Shown here: in pieces, positions 51,250 through 64,000 of the stretch
How positions within the stretch are numbered: position 1 is the stretch's first letter
Layout of the letters: every line of letters starts with the position of its first letter
NCBI RefSeq assembly: GCF_006345805.1
Contig: NC_043009.1
Coordinates: 59,396,001-59,460,000, forward strand
Direction of reading: 5' to 3'
DNA: 64,000 nt
Origin: Octopus sinensis
Taxonomy: Eukaryota
Translations under genes and position numbers: made by a program
The notes under the pieces: model-generated
What the model was told of the DNA's origin: nothing
The model's database searches: none
What the model saw: only the letters and a program-made list of their open reading frames with translations

Positions 51250-51642
51250 GAGCGCATCCTCTAGCATTTTGTTTTCTATTATTTCTGTCTGAAAGGAAAG
51301 ACCCGATGAAGCCACACGGGCACAGAAGTATCTCTGCTGCATTTTTGGCATTATTTCAAGCCAGCCGGCTTTTTTTGCGCAAACTGCACGTGTAAATTCT
51401 TTTCGCATACGAGTAGTATCGATCGTACAACAGCTGATGTACTTGCGCGTACAAATGCACGTTCCCACGGCTTTATCGATCGCATTCTCACTTGGAATCG
51501 ATTTTTGTAATTTTTTCAAGATTTATACACGCCCTGATACCGAACGGTATCTACATATAAAATTTTGAGCGCAATCGGATGGAGGATGCCCGAGATCCTA
51601 GAGGACACACTCAGAGACAGACAACGGATTTTATATAATAGA
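51250..51642 (-). mobile_element. Helitron-like repeat, longer copy
   Basis: 51470-51642 is the reverse complement of 11051-11232; the extent below 51470 is inferred. Confidence 0.5.
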
Positions 51643-52143
51643 TATATGTATATGCATGTACGTATGTGCATGCGTATTTGGAAAAATGAATATTCATTAG
51701 TGTATAGAAATTCGAGGCAAAATGAATCTAGACAATACTAGAAATAGAGCGAAATAATTTATTATAACTGAGAAGTTTATAATCCTTATTCATAAGTCTC
51801 GTCTTTCCTTTCAGTTAAGAATAATACGTGTGTGTCTATGAATCATTATATGCACACATATGTATGTATGTATGTATGTGCACCTATGCATATGAATATA
51901 TATATAGAGAGAGGGGGGTACGTTTGTATGCGCGTGAGTGCGTACGTGTGTGTCTCTGTGTATGCGTGTGAGTGTATATCAAAGCTATAAATTTAGTTAC
52001 AGCCAAATAAAAGAAGCACAAAAAAGTTATAACAACAGAATAAAAATCCTTTACTCTTGAATATTAAGTGTTACGTCTCCTGTTGTACCACCAAACAAAT
52101 ACCTACATTTATACATACATACATACATACATATATATATATA

Positions 52144-52185
<42 letters not shown>

Positions 52186-52250
52186 AGTGTGTGTGTGTGT
52201 GTGTATAAATGTGTATAATCTCTGTATGTGTGTACATATATGTATATGTA

Positions 52251-52303
<53 letters not shown>

Positions 52304-53187
52304 TGTATATATATGTATAATATATGTATATAATATATATATGTATATGTATATATATATATACTATACATATATATTTGTTTGCACGTATATATATATA
52401 TATATATATATATGCACGTGCTTGTATGTATGTATGTATGTATGTATGTATGTATGTATGTATGTATGTATGTATGTATATACGTATGTATGTATGCTTG
52501 TGTATAAGGACACGGTATTGGTTGATGAGTCATCGACAGACATTTAATGGATTCATTTGATGATGGAATGGTGGTGGTGACGCGGGCGGCACTGGCGGTG
52601 GTGGTGGCGGTGGTGGTTGTGGTGGTGGAGATGGTGGTGATGGTCATATCGATTGGTTCTGGGGAGATCTGCTGCGATAGGTAGTTGGTGCAGATACTGG
52701 TGGGTGGTGGTGACCAAATGATTACTGAAACCACGAGCAACCACAGATTTCAAAAATAAAAAAAAAAGAAAAGTAAAATAACAAAACTGGAGAAATATAG
52801 TTCAACACATTGTTGTCCCACCGGCCTCCCATACAACTCCCTATTTTCCGTACAGTCTTTCAACCATTATCCCAAATTACATCTATGCAAGACTAAATAT
52901 ACACCTACTAATACACACGTCATCGATGTATACACATTGCACACGAACGTGTACTCAGATGCGAGTACAAATATAATCTTATGCTCGCTCACAGGAACAC
53001 CGAACACAGACATACATACAGTGTGTACATAGAAATGTACACAGACACAAACACACATACACACACATATATATATATACACACACACACATAAACATAT
53101 ATACCCTCATACACATACACCACCAAATGCGTATGTATTGTATTTACATACATACGCATACATATATGTATACATATATGCATAATG

Positions 53188-53244
<57 letters not shown>

Positions 53245-53318
53245 CATAAATACATACATATACTCTTTGGCTCTTTTATTTGCTTCAGTCATTTAACTGC
53301 GGCTACGCTGGAGCACCG

Positions 53319-53357
<39 letters not shown>

Positions 53358-53380
53358 GCATATATTATATATATATATAG

Positions 53381-53412
<32 letters not shown>

Positions 53413-53486
53413 TATATATATGTATATATATATAATATGAGGGAATTAATTATTTTATTGTTTTTATCTTTAACCTGAAGAGTGGC

Positions 53487-53525
<39 letters not shown>

Positions 53526-54291
53526 GTATATATATATATATTGCGACATACATATACAAACACACATATACATACATGCCTTTATACATACATACATACA
53601 TACATACATACATACATACATACATACATACATACATACATACATTCAGCGATGTATTCATACTTATAGATAGTGCAAAACATACATACACGAATATACA
53701 CGTATACAATAACAAACATACACACGTATTGCATCCACCCGTATCCGGTTGAAGCAAACATTCCCCGCCCCTCACACGTACAAGAACAAAAACAAATCAA
53801 ACCCGGGGTGTTTGGTTTACTCAAGTAGAACAGTGTACGTGTCTTAAATAAGGTATTTCGCGTAGATTTTTATGCTAGAAACAGGTTTCAGTTTGTCCGA
53901 TTTCTCGTCCACCACACCCTGTCTCTTTCGCTGTATGTATGTATGTATGTATGTATGTATGTATGTATGTATGTATGTATGTATGTATGTATGCATGTAT
54001 GTATGTATGTATGTATGTATGTATGTATGTATGTATGTATGTATGTATGTATGTGTGTATGTATGTGTCTGTATGTATGTGTGTATGTATGTATGTGTGC
54101 GTGTGTGTATGTATTTATGTATGTGTGTATGTGTATCTATGTATGTATATATACATACATATACATATACATATGTGTGTGTGCATATCTAATATGTAGA
54201 CAATATATATATACACGCATTATATATTTATTTCTCTCTTTCTCTCTCTTTCACACAGTACGAACACAAGCACACACACACACACACACAC

Positions 54292-54340
<49 letters not shown>

Positions 54341-54427
54341 TATACACATACATATATATATATGTATATAAACATACATACATACATATATATATATACA
54401 TATATATGTATATATGTATATATATAT

Positions 54428-55521
54428 AAATCCTTAAATCCTTAAAAATGTTTTAGCCCGAAGGCCGCGGCCATGCTGGGGCACCACCGCTGAATGAGCC
54501 ACACTAGTTTGTGAATCCACCTCTGATACGTGGCACTTGATCAACAAGGGAGTTCGATGCTGCTGCCCGCATCCGCGTCTCCTGTCGTGAGGTAGGTTCA
54601 TCTGGGACTTCCAACAAGAAGAGATCCAGTTTAGTTTTAAAGAAACCCACATCCACACCATGTAAGTCTCTCAGGCATTTAGGGAGGATGTTGAAAAGCT
54701 GTGGTCCTCTGAAACCCAAGCTGTTGCAGTATCTGGACCTGTATTTTGATGGTGATGTTGGAATCCTTGGCACCACGCAGCGGCGCCCCGTTCTGCGGTT
54801 GGAGTAACTTTGAATGCCAAAGTTTGGGATAAGACCCTCCAGGATTTTCCAGATGTATATACTGCATATCTCTCCCGCCTCCGCTCCAGGGAGAAGAGGT
54901 TTAATACCTTCAGTCTTTCCCAGTAGCTGACATTTTGCATTGAGACGATTTTCTTTGTGTAGCTTCTCTGAGTTGCTTCGAGTTCTGCTGTTTGTTTTAT
55001 TGTGTGGGACCAAAGTTGGGAGCAGTAGTCCAAGCGGCTGAGGACAAATGTTTTCCATAGGACCATCAGTGTCTCCTTCTCTCTTGTTCTGAAAGTTCGG
55101 AGAATCCATCCAGCTAGCCGTCTGCATTTTATCACCAGATTAGCAATATGCATTTGGAAAGATGCATCATTGCTCATGTCAATGCCCAGGTCACGCACTG
55201 ATTTTGACTCAGGGATTGCAATTCTTCCTGGGCCAGTGTATCCAGTTTTCACGTCATTTACCTTTGTGTGCCAGTAGCGCAGGGCCTGGAACTTACCTGC
55301 ATTAAACTGCATGTTGTTGTCCTCAGCCCACCTGTATATTGTGTCCAGCTCATGTTGCAGATGCGCAATATTTTCAGGGTTCTGTATTGCGTGGGAGACC
55401 TTTGTGTCATCTGCATAGCTAGCAAGGGTGGTCATCGTAGCAACTGAAGGCATGTCTGAAAGGGCCACTATGAACATCAGTGGCCCCAAGACAGTGCCCT
55501 GTGGGACACCGCTTGTTATTT
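54428..55521 (-). mobile_element. 5'-truncated CR1-type LINE (RT C-terminal half, 3' stem-loop, 8-bp terminal repeat)
   Basis: ITSGVPQGTVLGPLMF..YADDTK..VRDLG..LDYCSQLW..LERRRER; one frameshift near 54870; stop at 54504; tail GCGGTGGTGCCCCAGCATGGCCGC; ends (TTAAGGAT)2. Confidence 0.9.
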
Positions 55522-55746
55522 GCGTTTATACATACATACATACATACATACATACATACATACATACATACATTCATACATACATACATACATACATACC
55601 TATATATGTGTGTGAGTGTATATGCGTGCACGAGCGCACTCATGTCTTTCTGTTTATCTATGAATCTATCTTCCCATCAACATATATAGATAAATACAAA
55701 TACATAAATTAGACAGAAAATTAGATAGATAGACAGATAGATAGAC

Positions 55747-55810
<64 letters not shown>

Positions 55811-55939
55811 GGATGGATGGATGGATGGATGGATGGATGGCTATAGCAATGCGTGTTCCAAGTTTCGAGCGTGTACGCGTGTGCGTGCCTCCGGTGTGTC
55901 CGTACCTGTCTGTTTGTTTGTGTGTGTGTCTCTCTCTCC

Positions 55940-55987
<48 letters not shown>

Positions 55988-55995
<8 letters not shown>

Positions 55996-56802
55996 AAAGG
56001 GCTTAGTAAAATAAATTACTTTGCCACATACTGAACTCATTAGAAATAGCAGCTAAAAAAAATTTTTTTAAACTATTTCTAATACTTAAAGAAAATCTCT
56101 CTCATATAGTGTTTGCTCAGTTCAACTCACGAAAGTATGGGGGTAAAGACATTAAAAAATCAAATGCAAAGGTTATTTGAGAACGTACGTTTCTAGATTA
56201 ATCAAATCGACATTTCTTTCGTCAGCTCAGAACTCCTTGATTCGGATTTGAGAACACTGAAAGTGGGAGCATACCCTTTCGGCTTCTTATCGCTTCTGAA
56301 GATCTGCTCGAACTATCAGTGCCAGCAAATTCAAAATATGCAAGCGAAGAATTTCTGCTCTCCCCTTTCCACCAGCGTGGGTTAAAATTAGTAAACACTA
56401 TGTTTTATCGGTAAAATCCGAAGCATTAAATAGAGAGAGATGAATTATAATTTCAACAATTGAGGGTAAAATTAATTAATTATTAATCAATTTCACCAAG
56501 TATTCAGTATGCAAAGGGACCGTTCTCAAATAACCTTTGCATTTGATTTTTTAATGTCTTTACCCCCATACTTTCGTGAGTTGAACTGAGCAAACACTAT
56601 ATGAGAGAGATTTTCTTTAAGTATTAGAAATAGTTTTAAAAAATTTTTTTAGCTGCTATTTCTAATGAGTTCAGTATGTGGCAAAGTAATTTATTTTACT
56701 AAGCCCTTTTATATAATGTAATAATTTGAATTCGCCTAAATGGTCCTTTGCATACTGAATACTGGTGAAATTGAATATTAATTAATTTTCCCTCAATTGT
56801 TG

Positions 56803-56808
<6 letters not shown>
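55988..56808. mobile_element. Penelope/retrozyme-like unit in inverted, circularly permuted arrangement
   Basis: 55988-56185 = reverse complement of 56521-56717 (~198 bp, near-identical); 56446-56521 = reverse complement of 56742-56806. Confidence 0.8.
56178..56229 (-). ncRNA. Type I hammerhead ribozyme motif
   Basis: Minus strand TGAG-CTGACGA-A(AGA..TCT)A-GAAA-CGTACG-TT^CTCA; palindromic stem III ACGTACGT; A.A mismatch at the stem II closing pair. Confidence 0.65.
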
Positions 56809-56854
<46 letters not shown>

Positions 56855-57158
56855 TTATTTATATTTGTGGATGTATGTATATCTGTCTATAACTATACAA
56901 GCGTATGTATAGACGTATACATATGTCCGTCACTTTCTATACAAACATACTGATATGCATGTGTGTGAGTGTTTGTGTGTGACTGTTTGTCTGTGTCTTT
57001 GCGTGTGGGGTGTGTGTATACCATGATGGTTGTTAAGATGTGGTTGAGAAGGTGTGCGATCACGGGAAGAAGAGATGAGAGATTGATAGTCCAGTAGACA
57101 GAAAATGACAGTTCAGATAACCACCCACCCAGTCTCTCTCCCCTCTCTCCCTCTCTTC

Positions 57159-57191
<33 letters not shown>

Positions 57192-58564
57192 TTCTCTCTC
57201 TGTATATGAAAATACACACGCATCTTCATATACAGTATGTCTTTATGTACCTGTATCCATAACAGAAATAATAATCACTCCCGTCACACGCGTTGCATCT
57301 CTGTTTCAACAATGGTCATTTATCACGTGACATGGAATACTGCCGTAACAGCTCGCTCATTTGAATAAATTCTTCATCTCTCATTCCAGGAAAACTTACC
57401 TTTGCCCTTAGCATTTTACTTGTTTCAGTCACTGGACTGCAGCCATGCCGGACTGGGCACCGCCTTGGGTTTTTTTTAGTAAAAATAATAATTAAAATAA
57501 TAAAAATAAGAATTGACTTGCAATACTAAGCACATCACATAACAACATGGCGACCAAATGGCTTTGGCCAATAATGGCTGAAACCTAAGTTTTCTACACA
57601 CACACACACATATCACTTAAACGCATGCATATGTATGCACATATATACATACATAGACATTCACGCGCACACACATATGTATATACATACATGAGCATAT
57701 ATATATATACATACACATACGTACATACATACACATTTACATATATATGCATATATATATATATAAATACATATATATATATAACTAATGCCACATGACA
57801 TTTGGCGCCGCCTTCTTCTAACATGTGGCATTACTTGGTATTTGCCCTTATTAGAATTTTATAATTATATTTATAAAATTATATACTTTACATTAATTTT
57901 TTACCTTTAATTGGCTTTTACATGCTAACTACTTTATAAAATCCAATATAGATTTTATTCTTGGTTTTAATTGATATATATATGTATATACACGTATACA
58001 TACATGCATACATACGTACATACATACATACATACATACATACACACATACACGCATACATACATACATGCATACATACATACATACATACATACATACA
58101 TACATACATACATACATACATACATACATACGTACATACATACATACATACACACATGATGTTCGTCTTATCTTGTCTGATGACAGCCATCTCAAGTGAT
58201 CTACATCATCCCAGCATAAGCCTGTGTGATCCACGATGACTCTTAAGGACATCAGTTGGTCTGCGAGGCTTCAAACATTTATGACAGATAAAATTCAAAA
58301 TTTCTACGGTGTATATTATAGTTTGCTCGTGGTACATGTGCCTTTTCGCATGAAACTTACTCCGAAAGATATTTCTACAAACTATACTCGTGTTGTTACC
58401 ATAAAAGGATGGCAAATCATTATTAAATTCAACCGGATTTCGCAATTTACTACGGAATTTCATTTGGACAATGTACGTATTCTGTTTTCAACAGATGTCG
58501 GTCACAAAAACTGCATTTCCAGCTCTTCATCTCAGCTGTTGCATCCATGACAACCCCATCTACA

Positions 58565-58790
58565 CACGCCAGCCTCATTTATTTCGTTCTTAGTCGAAAG
58601 ACACCTGTTGTTATGTCCTGTCATTTGTATTTGTGCAACATTCTCCGATTTTTTCCGTCCTTGTTTTCGTATACGTTCGTTGCTTTCTTCCAAGGAATGT
58701 AATGCTCTTAGCTTAGTTTTTCCTTAGGGCTGGCCAGATTGGAGCTATCTCGACTATAAGCAGCCGAAATTGCAACGATAATCTGGAAAA
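58565..58790 (+). repeat. Interspersed repeat, second copy at ~63130-63350
   Basis: CACGCCAGCCTCATTT..GTCCTGTCATTTGTATTTGTGCAACATTCTCCG..GGCTGGCCAGATTGGAGC shared by both copies. Confidence 0.85.
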
Positions 58791-59180
58791 TCTATTTTGA
58801 ATTACACTAAACTGTCATGAATACATTTCCTCTACATTTCTTTGACTTGTGTTGATGTTGTTTTCCAAATTGTAACTCTGCATAAAAGCTCTATGTAGCC
58901 GGTTTCACATCTAACATATCTGGTAACCACCCTGCCCAACATACCTGATTTTGTATTAAATGCAACTCAACAGTACAAAACCAGCTCTCGACAATATTTC
59001 CGTATCTGATAGTAAATCTTCCTATAATACCTTCAGTATTTTTCTGAGGCATTTTTGGTGTAATCTCTAAATCACTTTTAAACGTCTACTACGAGCAATT
59101 CGTGTCTGAGAATACAATAATTTTACCAATATGCATGTTTTGTAAACGCTGATTTTTGCGTGAGATGTAATACTTTCATC

Positions 59181-59406
59181 TGGACGGGACGCCGGTCCGT
59201 CTCAGGTGAGCTGCAATATGCAGGAGGAAAGAGTGAGAGAATGTTGTGGCGAAAGAGTCAGCAGAACTTCGCCATTACCTTCTGCCGGAGCCGCGTGGAG
59301 CTTAGGTGTTTCGCTCATAAACACACACATCGCCCGGTCTGAGATTCGAACCCGCAATTCCTCGACCACGAGTCCGCTGCCCTAACTACTAGGCCATGTG
59401 CCTCCA
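59181..59406 (-). mobile_element. SINE family C
   Basis: Homologous to 38009-38292. Confidence 0.8.
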
Positions 59407-59539
59407 CAGACGGCTTATTCCTACTCTTGAGAAGACTTTACTCATAGATTTACCAAACAGTTTCATACACTCTTAGGCTCTTTACCTATCTACGCGAACA
59501 CAAACACATCAACCGAGTCCCTATTGAATCGGAGTTCTT

Positions 59540-59660
59540 TAACTGCGAATAAACATCATCCTATGTATGTCAGATGTTGCAATGTTGCTTCCTGCTTTCA
59601 AGAATTCTATGAGGATTCCATCAAGGCCAAGGGCCTTACAAGATTTTAACTGATTTATTA
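59540..59660 (-). pseudogene. Short LINE ORF2 fragment (pre-RT KAxGxDGI motif)
   Basis: VINQLKSCKALGLDGILIEFLKAG. Confidence 0.6.
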
Positions 59661-60473
59661 CAACAGAGTCTCCCCCATATTCTCGTATGTCATCCATATG
59701 AGTGAACAGATGCATACATACATACATACATACATACATACATACATACATACATACATACATACATACATACACACATACATACATACATACATACATA
59801 CATACATACATACATACATGCATGCATACATACATACCTGTGTCTGTGTGAGTGTGTGTGCGCGTACGTGTGAAAGTTCTTTCAAGCTTTCTACGTCATA
59901 TCATTTATATTTTCACTTGTAATATATTGGAAGCGCAAAATACTAGAAAAAAAAATGTCTAAGGTGTTATTGTCTGTGCATATACACCTGTGTGTTTGTC
60001 AGTGTAATGTTGGTTCATATATCAATGTGTGCGTGTGTGCGAGTGTGCGCTCGTTGTGTGTTTGTGTATGGGTCTATGGTTGATATTATGGCTATATACG
60101 CACATAAATCAACTCGTAATGTTGTTTAATGACAACTAAGGTGATGCTGCAGACTTGCATATGTCTCTCTGTAGTTGTGCAGTTCTATAAACAAACACAC
60201 ACACACACATAAGCACACACACACACACACACATATATAAACACATACACACATATAAACACACACACACATATACATATATGCACATTTATGTATGACG
60301 TGAGATATATATTATTTATATATATCTACATCTATATCTATATCTATATATATATATACACGCACACACGTTTCATAAGTGTGTATATATATTTTCTATA
60401 ACATGTGTTTGTGCGTATATGCATGTGTATTTGTGTCCATGAACATGAATCTGTGCGTGCGCGTACATGTATT

Positions 60474-60512
<39 letters not shown>

Positions 60513-61439
60513 TGTGTGTATGTGTGTGTGTGTGCATGCGTGTGCGTGTAAACATAGTTATACACTTGTATAAACACGTAAACATCAAAGCACACACAGT
60601 TTGAAATACCTGTACACTTTCTAGGGCACGAGTTTCTGTTTGGGACACGGAGTCATGTTGTCGTGAAATATGGCGGCGCCAACTTGGCGGCCATAGTAAA
60701 AAGGTTTTCCTTTTGTGTTTGTGAATATATGTGTGTATTTGGGCCAACATACATCCACACACACACACACACACAACACACTTATGGTGTCAATACAGAT
60801 ACATATAAACATATTATTATACACATATATGTAAAGATACACTAGCACACGCCATAACATATATACACACGTAAGTCAAAAATGAACATACAACGTTAAA
60901 AGCTTCACAGGAGCCATTTTCACAACATCGTATAGGTGCGATAAATTTATGAAGAATAATCTATACATACATGCACACAAATTCAAAAACTCATACACTT
61001 AGGTTCATGAAATCATTCACAAATATGACCATATAGTTACATACATACAAAGACGAACGCTTTGCATACACATACTGTTCACAGAATCACTATATTGGAT
61101 ATCGTTACCATTCTTTGTTTACTTCTAGCTCAGCCACGATCAAAGTTAGATGCGCTCCAACCGTGACTATCCGATATTTCTTGTCAGATATTGGAAAAAT
61201 CGTAGCCGTCACTCGCAAGTGAATCTCAACTGTTTAAATGTATCATGCTTTCTGTAATTTTTTGTAGGTGTTTATATGGTTGAAAGCAAATATGAGCGTT
61301 TTCTTGGGCTTCCCTGCTGTTGTCTTGACATAGCGATACATCGGAAATATGACAGCTTGAGGGATACAGGGGGAGAGATAAAGATAGAGAGAGATAGCGA
61401 TAGATAGAGATAGTGATATATATATAGAGAGAGAAGTTT

Positions 61440-61605
61440 GTTCTAACATTTGGCTCGTACTTATTTTCAACTGAGAAAGCAACAGCAATGTAGAATATAT
61501 TGCCTTGCTCAAGGAAGCAGATGCAATTGGCCACCCTTTCCAGGAATCGAACCTGCGACCTTATGATCGTGAACCTTACAGTCCTAACCACTAAACCACA
61601 CGTCT
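61440..61605 (-). mobile_element. tRNA-headed SINE relic with CCTTGAGCAAG core
   Basis: Minus strand GTTTAGTGGTTAGG..GGTTCGATTCC..CCTTGAGCAAGG. Confidence 0.55.
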
Positions 61606-61656
61606 TTCAGATGCATTGTATATGTGGAATTTTAAGTTTAGTAATGAGATAAATAT

Positions 61657-61865
61657 ACTCTTTACTCTTTACTCTCTTTTACTTGTTTCAGTCATTTGAC
61701 CGCGGCCATGCTGGAGCACTGCCTTTAGTCGAGCAACTTGACCCCGGGACTTATTCTATCGGGGTTTTTTTGCCGAACCGCTAAGTAACGGGGACATAAA
61801 CACACCAGCGCCGGTTGTCAAGCAATGCTAGGGGGACAAACACATACACACAAACACACACATGC

Positions 61866-61898
<33 letters not shown>

Positions 61899-62053
61899 TA
61901 CGACGGGCTTCTTTTCAGTTTCCGTCTACCAAATCCACTCACAAGGCTTTGGTCGGCCCGAGGCTATAGTAGAAAACACTTGCCTAAGGTGCCACGCAGT
62001 GGGACTGAACCCAGAACCATGTGGTTGGTAAACAAGCTACTTACCACACAGCC
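61657..62053 (-). mobile_element. SINE family A
   Basis: Reverse complement of family A. Confidence 0.9.
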
Positions 62054-62075
62054 GTGCATCGATTTTGATAGATGA

Positions 62076-62123
62076 AGTCACAACGTTTCGTTTGTTGCAG
62101 TCGCAGGTCGTCTTCAGGTGACT
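62076..62123 (-). ncRNA. Hammerhead-like motif with degenerate stem II
   Basis: Minus strand AGTCAC-CTGAAGA-(21 nt, poorly paired)-GAAACGTT^GTGACT; perfect 6-bp stem I. Confidence 0.45.
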
Positions 62124-62587
62124 ACTGATTCGTTAGCATTGATGGAATTTCGTATCGATCAATTTATTACTTGGTCTCATTCCGTTGCCAATGCCGGGAA
62201 TTTCTTCGTGTTAGTTAATCTTCTATTTGTGATGCCGACTGCTCAATTCGCTTGAATCAGTTAGAGGGCGTATGTGTGTGCGCGCACGCATGTAAGCATG
62301 TGTGTATGCGCTTGTGCGTCTCTGTATGCGCGTATGTAAATGTATATGTTTGTCTGCATAAAAACATTAATATATATATATATATATGTGTGTGTATGTG
62401 TGTGTATATGTGTATTTGTGTGTGTATGTGTGTGTGACTCTGTGTGTGGTGAAAAGCGTTCATGAAAACTTTTAATTTCTCCACATGGTGAATTATACTA
62501 AAAACATCTGAAAAGAATGAAAATGCGCAGACATTCTGTTAGACTATACACACACACACACACACATACACACACACATATGTATAT

Positions 62588-62659
<72 letters not shown>

Positions 62660-63002
62660 TATTATATTATATTATATTTAAATCATAGTATATATATACA
62701 TATATACATATATCTATCTATCTGTCTTTCTATCTATCTATCTATCTATCAATTTTCTGTCTACCTATATATATATATACTTATACATAGATATATACAC
62801 ATATATATCATATATATGTAACATAAGATATAAATATATATATATATATTTATACATATATACATACATATATATATATTTTATATATAAAAATACAAAA
62901 TTCTCACTTCTCTCCTCTTTTCACTTCACTGTGTCCCTCTCATTTTTTCTCGCCCCTCTTTATTTCTTCTGTTCCTCTGCCTATACCTCTCCCTTTTCTC
63001 TT

Positions 63003-63486
63003 CTCACGTGACCGGTGTTCGGCCAAGCCTGACATTTCTTTCTTGGTTCGGCCGCCATCCGTGCAACATCTATATTCCTCCATGTGCCTGTGAAATCTTG
63101 TATCCCTGTCGTAAGGCTTGACTTGTATACACGCCAGCCTCATTTAATTCGTCCTTGGTCGAAAGACATCCGTTGTTATGTCCTGTCATTTGTATTTGTG
63201 CAACATTCTCCGTTTTATTTCGGTCCTTGTTTTTGTATACATTTATTGCTTTCTTCCAAGGAATCTAATGCTCTTAGCTTAGTTTTTCCTTGGGGCTGGC
63301 CAGATTGGAGCAATCTCGAGTATAACTAGCCGAAATTGCAAAGTTAATCTGAAAGTCGACCGAGGAAAGAAAACTCTCAATGACCCATCCTTGTTTTCTT
63401 TGTATCGTCTGTCTGGATGTTTTGTTGTCCCTTTTTTGTATCACCACTTATCTGCCTAGATGTTTTGCGTTCTTGTCCCATTTTTG

Positions 63487-63490
<4 letters not shown>
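63003..63490 (+). mobile_element. Unclassified CACGTGACC-start repeat (pLTR-like)
   Basis: Contains the 58565-58790 homology; related to ~28940-29330. Confidence 0.5.
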
Positions 63491-63554
<64 letters not shown>

Positions 63555-64000
63555 ATATAAAAACTTAAACATATATATGACTTAAACAAGGGCATGATTT
63601 AGCTGATACGTATATGGAACAGTAAGGTGACTACAGCTGAATGTAATAACAGACGTATGTATATATATATGTATATATATCATTTGCCATATATATATAT
63701 ATATATATATATCATATATATATATATATATATATATATCTATATATATATATATATATATACTACGGAATATAAATATTATTATTTATAGAAGCAATCA
63801 ATTATTTCCTCAGTATTGTAAAGGCTTTTAATAATTAATGCATGCAGTTCAGTGAACAAATAGTAAACATTTTATAGTTTGGCATCATTTTTTCCTGAAT
63901 ATCTATATTACGTGCAACGCTATAAACACCGCATGTTGTCTTTTAAGCTCTATCATGAATTAAATAAGGTGTCATAAAAACCGTAATTATTTCTGCCTTG

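Overview
Repeat-dominated, gene-poor eukaryotic DNA, most likely from an octopus (inferred from my recall of the SINE families and the extreme (TA)n/(CA)n/(GATA)n/(TACA)n load; not verified by search). I can support no host protein-coding gene. Most long ORFs in the track are stop-free microsatellite artefacts. The real coding signal is all transposon relics: a 5'-truncated CR1-type LINE (54.4-55.5 kb), an RTE/BovB-like 3' end (50.7-51.0 kb), a gag-like LINE ORF1 (16.5-17.3 kb), a Penelope-type GIY-YIG end (31.1-31.4 kb) and two mariner derivatives. There are also several tRNA-headed SINE families, MITEs, Helitron-like ends and two 5S rRNA-derived copies. Main discoveries, all read by eye: (1) at least six minimal type I hammerhead-ribozyme motifs in five unrelated sequence contexts, plus a weaker seventh. 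They have palindromic stem III, two unrelated families use a CCGACGA (U4C) core, and they sit in Penelope/retrozyme-like tandem or inverted units. (2) A 5S-rRNA-headed element that ends in the same 3' stem-loop tail as the tRNA SINEs and the CR1 LINE, i.e. a candidate SINE3 with its likely mobilising LINE family in the same window. Ribozyme activity and novelty are untested.
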